Shown here piece after piece: positions 47,960-56,674 of a DNA stretch of 64,000 bases (position 1 is the first letter of the stretch; each line of letters starts with the position of its first letter). The translations under genes and the position numbers were made by a program. The notes beneath the pieces were generated by a model. The model searched no databases, was not told the origin of the DNA, and worked only from the letters and a program-made list of their open reading frames with translations. Source of the stretch: a bacterium (GTDB lineage: Bacteria; UBA8248); NCBI GenBank assembly GCA_965207065.1, contig OZ242260.1, forward strand, positions 384,001 to 448,000. The letters run 5' to 3'.

Positions 47960-48865
47960 ATGAAAATCGGATTCATCGGACTGGGAAACATGGGGGCAGG
48001 CATAGCGGCCAACCTCCAGAAAGCGGGCTATGAACTCGTCGTTCACGACATCGTCCGCGATGCCGCGACGGATCACATCGAACGAGGCGCACTCTGGGCG
48101 GACTCCCCTGAAGAGGTGGCCCACGCGAGTGAGATCATCTTCACCTCGCTGCCGGGTCCCAAGGAAGTCGAGAGCGTCGCCACGGGGCCGAACGGGATTC
48201 TCGCAGGCATCAGCGCGGGGAAAGTCTACGTCGACTTGAGCACGGTATATCCTTCCATCGTCCGCCGCATCCACGAGAAATTCTCAGAAGCAGGCGCGCA
48301 CATGCTCGAAGCACCGGTGAGCGGCTCCACAATCGGCGCGAACACGGGGCGACTCGCCATCATGGCGGGAGGTGAGAAGGAGGTATATGAGCGCTGCAAG
48401 CCCCTTCTCGACGCCATTGGAGACAGCCCCTCCTACACGGGTCCCATCGGCACCGGCGCCGTGTGCAAGCTCGCCCACAATTGCCTGAGCTACGGCATCC
48501 AAGCCATCGCGGCGGAATGCTTTACCCTGGGCGTCAAGGCGGGGGCGGACCCCGAGGTATTGGCCGAGGTGATCCGAAACGGCGCGGTGGGCCGGGCCGT
48601 GCACTTCAACTTCATCTTCTACGAGACATTCTTCAAGGGGAAATTCGACGAGCCACACTTTCCCATCAAGGGCGCCGTGAAGGACGTAGGGCTCGCGCTC
48701 CAACTCGCCAGAGAGCACGACGTACCCATGACGATAGGCAACATCGCCTACGGGGAGCTCATCTCGGGCTTGAACCGCGGCTGGGGGGATGATGACGCGA
48801 GGCGCGCCATGACGCTCCAGGAAGAACGCGCGGGCGGCGTGCAGGTGAGAATTCCAGAAAAGTAG
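47960..48865 (+). CDS. Beta-hydroxyacid dehydrogenase family NAD(P)-dependent oxidoreductase
   Basis: IGFIGLGNMG, EAPVSG and KLAHN. Confidence 0.9.
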   Translation: MKIGFIGLGNMGAGIAANLQKAGYELVVHDIVRDAATDHIERGALWADSPEEVAHASEIIFTSLPGPKEVESVATGPNGILAGISAGKVYVDLSTVYPSIVRRIHEKFSEAGAHMLEAPVSGSTIGANTGRLAIMAGGEKEVYERCKPLLDAIGDSPSYTGPIGTGAVCKLAHNCLSYGIQAIAAECFTLGVKAGADPEVLAEVIRNGAVGRAVHFNFIFYETFFKGKFDEPHFPIKGAVKDVGLALQLAREHDVPMTIGNIAYGELISGLNRGWGDDDARRAMTLQEERAGGVQVRIPEK

Positions 48866-48874
48866 ATTTTACGC

Positions 48875-49879
48875 ATGAAACACGGAATCGCCATGCTGCC
48901 TCCCGCGCCCGAGACCTACGCGCACTGGTGCCGGCTCTCAGAAGAAGCGGGCTTCGACGTCGTCTGGGTGCCGGACTCACAATCGCTTTACCGGGAGCTT
49001 TACGTCTCGTGCGCCATCTGCGCGGCGAACACCTCGCGTGTCCTGCTGGGTCCCAATGTCACCAACCCGCTCACGCGGCATCCCGCGACAGCGGCGAGCG
49101 CTATCGCCACCGTGGATGAGTATTCGGGTGGTCGCGCGCTGTTCGGAATCGCCACGGGCGACAGCGCCGTCCTGAACCTGGGCCTGCGCCCCGGCCGCGT
49201 GGACGACATGAGAGACTACGTGCTCGCCATGCGCGGGATGCTAGAGGAGGGCACGGCCCACTACCGGGGAAAGCCCTGCACGCTGAACTGGCACAAAAAG
49301 CGGGTTCCGCTCTACATCGCCGCCGAGGGGCCGCGCACCATCCGCCTTGCGGGCGAGATCGCCGACGGCGTCACCATCGGCACAGGCCTCACGCCCGAAG
49401 TGGTGGCCGATTCCCTCACCTGGCTCGAGGAGGGCGCGAGGAAATCGGGCCGCAAGGTGAACGATCTCGACATCTGGTGGCTCGCCAAGGTGAACGTGCG
49501 CGATGACGGCGAACAGGCACGCGAAGAAATCCGCATGGCCCTGGCCGCGAGCGCGCACCACGCCTTTCGCTTCACGCTCGAGGGCAAGCGGATTCCCAAG
49601 GAACTCCTCTCCGCCGTCGAAACCCTCAAAAAAGGGTATGCGTTCCACGAACACGAGATGGTGGACAAGCAGACGAACGCCGAACTCGTGGACAGGCTCG
49701 GCCTCCGCGAGTACCTGCTCGATCGCTTCGCCATCGCGGGCTCGCCTGCCGAATGCAGACAGAAGATAGAGGACATGAATTCGTTCGGCGTGGAGAACTT
49801 GAGGATCGCCGCCCACGTGCACGACAAGCCCGCCTTTATCCGGGCGTGGGGCCGCGAGATAATCAGCCGGAGCAAGTAA
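48875..49879 (+). CDS. LLM-class oxidoreductase (Mer-like)
   Basis: PDSQSLYRE, VTNPLTRHP, GIATGDSA and AAEGP..LAGEIADG. Confidence 0.88.
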   Translation: MKHGIAMLPPAPETYAHWCRLSEEAGFDVVWVPDSQSLYRELYVSCAICAANTSRVLLGPNVTNPLTRHPATAASAIATVDEYSGGRALFGIATGDSAVLNLGLRPGRVDDMRDYVLAMRGMLEEGTAHYRGKPCTLNWHKKRVPLYIAAEGPRTIRLAGEIADGVTIGTGLTPEVVADSLTWLEEGARKSGRKVNDLDIWWLAKVNVRDDGEQAREEIRMALAASAHHAFRFTLEGKRIPKELLSAVETLKKGYAFHEHEMVDKQTNAELVDRLGLREYLLDRFAIAGSPAECRQKIEDMNSFGVENLRIAAHVHDKPAFIRAWGREIISRSK

Positions 49880-49896
49880 CCAAAGAGGCCATCATC

Positions 49897-50898
49897 ATGA
49901 GACACGGCATTTCCTTCAGACCGCCCGACACGGATTCATTCGCCCGCTGGTGCAGGTGCGCGGAAGAGCTCGGTTTCGACGCGGTGTTCATCCCCGATAC
50001 ACAATCCCTCTACCGGGAGGTCTACGTATCGAGCGCGATATGTGCGATGGAGACGAGTGAGATCATTTTCGGCCCTTGCGTCACGAACCCCGTCACGCGG
50101 CACCCGGCGGTTGCCGCGAGCGCCATCGGCACCATCAGCGAGCTATCGGGCGGACGCGCCTTCTGGGGGATCGCCACGGGCGACAGCGCAGTCCTGAATC
50201 TGGGTCTCAGGCCCGCGAAGCTCGCCGAGATGCGCGAGTACATCCTCGCCGTGCGGGGCATGCTCGAAGAAGGAAGCGCCCAGTACAAGGGGAACAACGC
50301 CCGGCTGAGCTGGCATAAATCCCACGTGCCCATCCACATCGCTGCAGAAGGCCCCAAGACCTTAAGCCTGGCGGGCGAGGTGGCCGACGGCGTCATCATC
50401 GGAACGGGCCTCATTCCCGAGGTCATCGCGGACACGCTCTCCTTCATCGACGAGGGCGCCAGGAAGTCCGGCCGAAGGGTGGAAGACCTTGACCTCTGGT
50501 GGCTGGTGGACGCCCATGTGGACGCGGACGGGGAGCGCGCCCGCGCGGACATCCGCACCGCCCTCGCCGCGAGCGCGCATCATTCCTTCTCCTTCACGTT
50601 GGAGAACAAGCGGATTCCCAAGGAACTCGAATCCGGCATCCGCGCGCTGAGGGACGGTTACCAGACTTCGGAGCACGGCTTCATGGATAAATCCAACAAC
50701 GCAGGCTTGGTCGATGAGTACGGACTGAGGGACTACCTGGCGGAGCGCTTCGCCATCGTCGGCACGCCTGAAGAATGCCGGGAGAGACTCCAGCACCTCG
50801 AAAACCTGGGCGTCAGGGGGCTTCGCATCAACAACAACCTGCCCGACAGGACGGTCTTCATGAACGCCTGGGCGAAGGATGTTCGGGGGATCGCTTAA
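49897..50898 (+). CDS. LLM-class oxidoreductase (Mer-like), paralog of the upstream gene
   Basis: Same motifs as 48875-49879 and visibly high similarity. Confidence 0.88.
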   Translation: MRHGISFRPPDTDSFARWCRCAEELGFDAVFIPDTQSLYREVYVSSAICAMETSEIIFGPCVTNPVTRHPAVAASAIGTISELSGGRAFWGIATGDSAVLNLGLRPAKLAEMREYILAVRGMLEEGSAQYKGNNARLSWHKSHVPIHIAAEGPKTLSLAGEVADGVIIGTGLIPEVIADTLSFIDEGARKSGRRVEDLDLWWLVDAHVDADGERARADIRTALAASAHHSFSFTLENKRIPKELESGIRALRDGYQTSEHGFMDKSNNAGLVDEYGLRDYLAERFAIVGTPEECRERLQHLENLGVRGLRINNNLPDRTVFMNAWAKDVRGIA

Positions 50899-51044
50899 AC
50901 TCCGCGCGAGTAAAACGCCAAATTCCCACCGAGTAGACGCAAACCGATAATTTCCCTCGGGACGCCGCTTCGGTTAGAATGGCGGAAATGATCGAGACAG
51001 GCGAAATTCGACCTCCCCGTACAATCTCTCACAGGAGGGTGGGC

Positions 51045-51599
51045 ATGAGCGAAATGACGAAGGAAAAGGAAAAAATTCTCGTCTACGAGCCCGTGGCGGA
51101 GGCTCCGGGCGCGAGCGCCGTCATGGCCGCGCGGCCCGAGAGCTTAAACGGCAAGAGCGTGGGCCTCATCAACAACACCAAGGATTTCACGGACGATATT
51201 TTCGACGTCATGGGCGCCGCGCTCGAAGAGCAATTCCCGGGCGTGCGCGTGGTTCGCTACCGGAAGGAATCCGTGAGCGGCGCATCGCCCGCCCTGATGG
51301 AGCAGGTGGAAGGAGAGTGCGACGCCGTCGTTTCCGCACTCGGCGACTGAGGCTCGTGCACGTCGTGGAGTATCCACGACAGCGTCGCTCTCGAGAAAAG
51401 AGGGCTGGCCACGGTCACCATCGTCACCGACGCTTTTGCGAGCTATGCGAAGCAACTCACCAAGCTGCACAAGATGAACGAGCTTCCCCTCGTTACACTG
51501 CCCCACCCCATCGCTGGCAGAAAGCGCGAGGAGGTGGATGAGATGTCGGCAGAAGCGAGTGCGCATCTGGCAGGCGCCCTGACGCAAACGAGCGGCTAG
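51045..51599 (+). CDS. UGSC-motif selenoprotein (in-frame TGA at 51348-51350)
   Basis: ALGD-TGA-GSCTSWSIHD..LEKRG..TV.IVTDAF continues in frame to TAG at 51597-51599; SECIS-like hairpin follows; AGGAGG RBS. Confidence 0.85.
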
Positions 51600-51606
51600 T
51601 CTATCC

Positions 51607-52707
51607 ATGAGCGAACCAAGTCCCGCCCGCCAGATAGCGCTCGACCAAGACGCCGGCGCGATATACGAGCACTTCTACGAGGAGGGCTGGACAGACGGGC
51701 TGCCCATCATCCCGCCAACCGAGGAGCGCGTCGCGGAAACCCTGCGTTACACGGACTACGCGCCGGGCGATATTATCGCCCATGTTCCGCCACGGAACGC
51801 GCCGGCCACGGCGGAAGTCATCGCCATCAACGCCGTGATGGCGGGCTGCAAGCCTGAATACCTGCCCGTGCTCATCGCCGCCGTCCAGGCCATGACGGAG
51901 CCCGCTTACAACCTATACGGCCGCCAGACGACCACCCATCCGGGCGCGCACCTGATGATCGTCCACGGGCCAGTAAGGAATGAAATCGAAGTCAACTGCC
52001 GCCAGAACGTCTTCGGCCAGGGCTGGCGAGCCAACGCGACGATGGGCCGCGCGGTGCGGCTCCTGATGATGAACGCGGGCGGCGGCATCCCCGGCGTGAC
52101 GGACATGGCCACTCACGGGCATCCGGGAAAATACTCCTACACCATCGGCGAGGATGAGGAGGGAAGCCCCTGGCCGGCATTTCACGTCGACAGGGGTTTT
52201 TCGCCGGATACTTCCGCCGTCACCATGCTCTGCGCCGAGTCGCCCCACAACGTAAACGACCTGGTGAGCAAGACGCCGCATAAATACCTGGGCACGGCGG
52301 CTTCGGCCATGAGCCACCTGGGCGCGAACGGCGTCTACCGGAGCGGGCTGCCGAGTGAGCAGATGCTCGTCCTGACAGCCGAGGCCGCCACGTGGCTATC
52401 GAACCAGGGGTGGACGAAGGCCGACGTATCCCAGTTCATCTACGAGAACGCGCGTCAGCCGATTCGTCTCATGCGTGACCGGGGGGGGTTCGACATGACG
52501 CCGCTCGCTCCTTTCGTGAATCTCGAAGAAGACGAGGACATGGCCCCCATCGTCCCGAGGCCCGAAGACATCCTCATCGTCGTAGCCGGCGGCCACGGCC
52601 GCCACATGCAGGCCGTCCTCACGGCGAGCTACAACCTGAGCGTTACAAAGGCCATCACCAGAAAAGACGGAACGCCGATTGAGTCGGTAAGGGAGTTTGT
52701 GTCGTGA
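51607..52707 (+). CDS. Conserved protein, partner of the UGSC protein
   Basis: GWTDGLPIIPPT, AINAVMAGC.PEY.PV and RANAT.GRA.RL motifs, typically seen beside UGSC genes. Confidence 0.7.
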   Translation: MSEPSPARQIALDQDAGAIYEHFYEEGWTDGLPIIPPTEERVAETLRYTDYAPGDIIAHVPPRNAPATAEVIAINAVMAGCKPEYLPVLIAAVQAMTEPAYNLYGRQTTTHPGAHLMIVHGPVRNEIEVNCRQNVFGQGWRANATMGRAVRLLMMNAGGGIPGVTDMATHGHPGKYSYTIGEDEEGSPWPAFHVDRGFSPDTSAVTMLCAESPHNVNDLVSKTPHKYLGTAASAMSHLGANGVYRSGLPSEQMLVLTAEAATWLSNQGWTKADVSQFIYENARQPIRLMRDRGGFDMTPLAPFVNLEEDEDMAPIVPRPEDILIVVAGGHGRHMQAVLTASYNLSVTKAITRKDGTPIESVREFVS

Positions 52708-52773
52708 GGGGGATTGCATTTCCGCTCTGTCTCGCGGAACGATACGGGGGTCCGGGCGGGTTCTCCTCGCAGA

Positions 52774-53061
52774 TTAGGCTACCCTGAACTTATCCACCTT
52801 GATTTCGTCGGCCCGGGCGCGCGCCTTCCAAAGATCGTAAGCCATCTGCAGGCCGAGCCAGGTCTCCGGTGTCGAGCCGAACGCTTTGGACAGGCGAATC
52901 GCCATTTCCACGGAGATGCCGGTGTGTTCGTTGACCAGTTCCGACAAGGTCTGACGCGTGACGCCAATCCCCTCGGCCGCTTTCGTCACGGACAATCCGA
53001 GCGGCTCAAGACATTGCCGTTTCACGATCCCACCCGGATGTGGAGGATTTTGCATCGCCAT
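52774..53061 (-). CDS. higA: HigA antitoxin (HTH)
   Basis: NPPHPG, SVTKAA..GVTRQTLS, EMAIRLSKAFG and WLGLQMAYDL. Confidence 0.92.
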   Translation of the reverse strand: MAMQNPPHPGGIVKRQCLEPLGLSVTKAAEGIGVTRQTLSELVNEHTGISVEMAIRLSKAFGSTPETWLGLQMAYDLWKARARADEIKVDKFRVA

Positions 53062-53074
53062 CACAGTACCCTCG

Positions 53075-53353
53075 TCAATGGTAGTCGAGGTAATCTAGAT
53101 CGACTACGTCACCCTCTTCGAATCGAAAGGTTACCCGCCAATTCCCTGAAACCGTCACTGCATAATGACCCTTCAGTTCCCCCTTCAGTCGGTGGAGCCG
53201 AAAACCAGGGAGAGCAACATCTTGCGGCTGCCGACTCCTGTCCAGAACGGCCAGAATATCCCTTAGTTTCTGAACATGCTCCGGCGCGACTCGCCGCGCC
53301 GTTCGACCATCGTAGAGTGCTTTCAGGCCCCGATGTTTGAAAGACGCGATCAT
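53075..53353 (-). CDS. higB: HigB toxin (RelE/ParE family)
   Basis: MIASFKHRGLK, PGFRLH.LKG, VSGNWRVTF and DYLDYH. Confidence 0.92.
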   Translation of the reverse strand: MIASFKHRGLKALYDGRTARRVAPEHVQKLRDILAVLDRSRQPQDVALPGFRLHRLKGELKGHYAVTVSGNWRVTFRFEEGDVVDLDYLDYH

Positions 53354-53513
53354 CGATGAAGAATAATGCGTCAGGCGTCGCCTGTCAACTGACGAACCGG
53401 CAACGATAACGTCAGGAGGGCGAGGCGGGTGACCCCTCGTTTGAATTTTCGTATGTGAAGACAGAGATAGAATTCAGGCCTAGAAAACGCCCTTGGGCCG
53501 CGTTCTTCCCCCC

Positions 53514-54863
53514 CTACCCCTCCATATCCATACCGAACTGGCCCGCCAAGTGGGTGATGAGCTTGCCGGCGGCATCGTCGCTCATCCAGCCGCGTGAGGT
53601 GGCCGTCTCGAGCGCGGTGCTGACGCGCAAAAGGGCTTCGGACATCTTCTCGGTGTCGCGGACGGAGATATCCGGCAGAACGGGCGATACGCCGGAGCGG
53701 AGCGCTTCTTCTGGCAGCGCGCCCGCGCGGTGGGCTTCTTCCAACTGCTTGTCGGCCATGGCTTGCAGGATATGGCGCACGGTGCGCTGGCGGCGCGTCA
53801 TCTTCTTCAAGGTGGGCTGATCCATCGACTCGGCCGAGGCGCGGTTCACGTCCTCCCCCTGGGCGAACCAGTGGGACGGGATCCCCACGCCGCCTAATAG
53901 AAGCCCCCGCATCATCTTGGCGATGCCCTGCGCGCCGGATTCGCCTCCCTTGAGATCGGGCGAGACGGCCTGCCACTCCTCTTTCTCGTTGTGGACGCGG
54001 ACGCTCGAGGGCTTTGGCGCGACGCCGTTCTCAGCGAGCCACTCGGCTATCTTCTCGGGGCCGGCGCCTTTCAGGGTGACGTCGTAGATGAAGCTGTTCT
54101 GCAGGCGCGCGCGCTCCACGGCGTCGAAGATGAAGCGCTCATACGTGTCTATCCAGTCGATGGCGGCGAGCAGGTCCGAAGCGCCGCGCGCGGCGTCGCT
54201 CGCCTTGTTGATCTGGAACAGGAACGCCTCCCCATCCGTAAAGCGCGCACGCTCCCTCCGGGCGGATGCGCTCAGATAGCCGCGCGGATCGCCGCCCAGC
54301 ACCGTCCGGATTCGCTTGCCCTTTCGTGCAGTTCCACTCGGCCCCCCGGCGCGCAGGACGACCCCGATGGGCAGGGCGCAGTTGTCCGGGTCCGTCACCA
54401 CCTCTTCAATCAGGCGGGGGCTGACGTAGCCCAGCCGAACCCGTCCCTCGAAGCGCGAGACGGCGACGGGCAGCAAGAGTTCCCCGAAGATGCCGAGTTC
54501 AGATACGAGCCGCTCGAAACGGATGTCCATCTGGTTCACGGGATCGCCCCAGAACGCCTTCACCGCGCTCAGGGCGCGCTCATCCTCCCCGTGCCAGCTT
54601 ATTCCCTCGCCCACGACGTGATCCGTCACGATTTCGATCAAGCGCTGGCCCATGAGGTTCGTGAGCCAAAGCTCATACGCCAACGCCTGCATACGCGCGT
54701 GCGTGTAAGGCGAAACTCCGCCGCGCCCCTCTCCCAGGGGACGCCAGATTCTCTCGTCCGGATCAATCTCCGCACTCATTCGCCCTGTACGCTGCGAGCC
54801 CTCTCCTTTTCTCCCTGCTCCCGATTTCCGCCCGGCTGCCTTCACCTTCTTCACACTCTCCAT
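53514..54863 (-). CDS. Phage-like portal protein
   Basis: Follows terminase; VVGEG, GE.LL, GASDL, GIPSHWF and VNRASAESM..PT.K...RRQ patterns. Confidence 0.75.
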   Translation of the reverse strand: MESVKKVKAAGRKSGAGRKGEGSQRTGRMSAEIDPDERIWRPLGEGRGGVSPYTHARMQALAYELWLTNLMGQRLIEIVTDHVVGEGISWHGEDERALSAVKAFWGDPVNQMDIRFERLVSELGIFGELLLPVAVSRFEGRVRLGYVSPRLIEEVVTDPDNCALPIGVVLRAGGPSGTARKGKRIRTVLGGDPRGYLSASARRERARFTDGEAFLFQINKASDAARGASDLLAAIDWIDTYERFIFDAVERARLQNSFIYDVTLKGAGPEKIAEWLAENGVAPKPSSVRVHNEKEEWQAVSPDLKGGESGAQGIAKMMRGLLLGGVGIPSHWFAQGEDVNRASAESMDQPTLKKMTRRQRTVRHILQAMADKQLEEAHRAGALPEEALRSGVSPVLPDISVRDTEKMSEALLRVSTALETATSRGWMSDDAAGKLITHLAGQFGMDMEG

Positions 54864-54865
54864 GC

Positions 54866-55507
54866 TTATCTCCTCTTTAGAATCCGCTTGTGAAAAGCCT
54901 GCGGGACCACCGTGCCCCCGGCGAGGGGGGCCAGCACTCCCTCGCTCTGCGCCAGGGATTCGGCCAGCCGCGCGTAGGCGCAGGCGAAGCCGAAATGGTT
55001 CTCGTTTCGCTCATACGACAGCACCGTCTCCCCGGAGGAGCGGATGCGCGGCTTTTTCCTCAAATTCATGAGGTGACGCTCCACCTTGCCCAAAAGCGCC
55101 TCCTCCCCTGTATCTCCGGGCTGCGGCAGCAGGACCCGTCCGGCTCCCTCGTGAAACTCCTCCACGAGGTGATCCAGCAGGTCCTCGCGGTTCATCCGCA
55201 CGTGGCGACGCTCCACCCCCAGGAACGAGACTTCCCTGGTCTGCATCTCGCCCTCCGTGTGCCGCCAGATGAAGCCGCCGTCTGGATTCAGGTCGTACAC
55301 CGCGCGCGCCTCCCGGGTGTGGGGACCGCCGTCTATGACGAACGCCTCCACGCCCAGGTCCGAGAACACGGCGCGGCAGCGCTCGATGAGCCGCTCGACG
55401 GGAGGCGCTTCGAAATACATCCACCGGGCGGGCCGGCCCTCCTCGCGCACAGCAAGCGCGCAGACGTCGCCCGTGTCGATCCCGCAGAAGCGATGGCGCG
55501 CGCTCAT
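54866..55507 (-). CDS. Terminase large subunit, nuclease part (separate ORF)
   Basis: RFCGIDTGD, FVIDGGP and C-terminal NHFGFACAY RNase H-like pattern; own GGAGG RBS and ATGA overlap. Confidence 0.65.
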   Translation of the reverse strand: MSARHRFCGIDTGDVCALAVREEGRPARWMYFEAPPVERLIERCRAVFSDLGVEAFVIDGGPHTREARAVYDLNPDGGFIWRHTEGEMQTREVSFLGVERRHVRMNREDLLDHLVEEFHEGAGRVLLPQPGDTGEEALLGKVERHLMNLRKKPRIRSSGETVLSYERNENHFGFACAYARLAESLAQSEGVLAPLAGGTVVPQAFHKRILKRR

Positions 55508-56562
55508 GCGGGCGCCTCCGCCAGATGGTAGGGCGCAGCGTCGCGCAGCTTGCGGAGAAGTTCGCGCGAGATCGGCTGGGTATCGCCCGCATCGGGGGCG
55601 GCGAGGGCCGAGCAGCGAAAGCGCGCCTTCTCGCTCGGGAGGCGGGCGGCGGCCCATTTCGCCGCGACCCGGTCGAGACGCACCGCGCCGATAGCGAGTT
55701 GGGAGAGGCGATAGCTCCTGTGCCGGGGTCTCTCGCGCGCGGCCTCCCACCGCCCCGCTCCCCTGTCGAGCGCGCCGCCGCAGGCCGGACAGGCGAGCGC
55801 ATCGCCGCTAAAGACTTTCGGCCAGTGCTCCTCCAGGACGCTATCGGCATGGCACGCCTGACACCTCACATGCCAGCGTCTCCGGTCACCCGCCTCAAAC
55901 ATGGCGTGAATGCCCGCGCCCGGGGTTCTGCCGACGGCCAGGTTGAGCGTCAGGGCGAGTGACGAGGCGTCGATGCGGTCGTTAGACCACTTGAGGTTGT
56001 CCGCCGGCAGGTCGTCCACCTCGTCACGGATCAGCACATCGAGCGGGATGGATATGGCGTTGCCGATGTCCCGGAGGCCAAGGATGTAGAGAAATCGTGA
56101 GCCCCCGCGCCCGGGGAATTCCTTCAAACCCCTGGGCGACGCGCCCTTGTATTTCCCATCACGCATGAGCGAGGCGAGTCCCCTGCGCCTGAGCGTGGAG
56201 CGCACGCGCGTCTGGTCGAAGCGGTCGGCGAAATCCTGATCCGGCAGAAAATAGCCCACGTTCAGGCGGTGGATGGTGACGCAGTAGAGCGCAAAACCGA
56301 TGGCGAGGGTGGTCATGCCCACCTGCGCGCCCTTCAGGACGCTGATGGTCTGATCGGGCGTGCGGTTATTCAGAACCTCGTCGAGCGCGGAGACGACCTC
56401 CAGCATCGCCTCTCTTCCCTCGAAGGTGAACGCGCCCTTGTCGGTCGACATCTCGCTCATCAGAAACCGAGCCAACCCGTGCATCTCGCCCGAATAGCGC
56501 GATGAGCCGCCCGACGCGAGAGCCATGGCGGGCGCCCCGATGATTTTCCGGGATTTGCGCAA
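55504..56562 (-). CDS. Terminase large subunit, GpA-like ATPase part
   Basis: Walker A-like VLKGAQVGMTT, Walker B LIRDEVD, TP..GI..F..GD.R.W.V.C..C and CPACG zinc motif. Confidence 0.8.
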   Translation of the reverse strand: MRKSRKIIGAPAMALASGGSSRYSGEMHGLARFLMSEMSTDKGAFTFEGREAMLEVVSALDEVLNNRTPDQTISVLKGAQVGMTTLAIGFALYCVTIHRLNVGYFLPDQDFADRFDQTRVRSTLRRRGLASLMRDGKYKGASPRGLKEFPGRGGSRFLYILGLRDIGNAISIPLDVLIRDEVDDLPADNLKWSNDRIDASSLALTLNLAVGRTPGAGIHAMFEAGDRRRWHVRCQACHADSVLEEHWPKVFSGDALACPACGGALDRGAGRWEAARERPRHRSYRLSQLAIGAVRLDRVAAKWAAARLPSEKARFRCSALAAPDAGDTQPISRELLRKLRDAAPYHLAEAPA

Positions 56563-56612
56563 AGCCGGAACTCCTCCCTATCCAGGATGCCGTGCGCATC
56601 CTCTCGGGGAGG

Positions 56613-56665
56613 AATATAGGGGTTGGTGCCGGCAAACCATGACGCGCAATTGCGGGGAAATGCGC
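56613..56665 (-). promoter_or_regulatory. Shared activator box plus -10 element upstream of the terminase operon
   Basis: GCGCATTTCCCCGCAATTGC-N24-CCCTATATT on the minus strand; matches 44132-44184. Confidence 0.75.
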
Positions 56666-56674
56666 GCTCAGGTT

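Noticed and set aside
46401-51599. Pseudogene calls for the OsmC-like and UGSC genes
   Set aside because: The only interruption in each is a TGA at a Cys-equivalent position followed by a SECIS-like hairpin
37914-56562. Intact inducible prophage
   Set aside because: No integrase, att repeats, repressor, replication or lysis genes are seen, and host metabolic genes interrupt the structural genes
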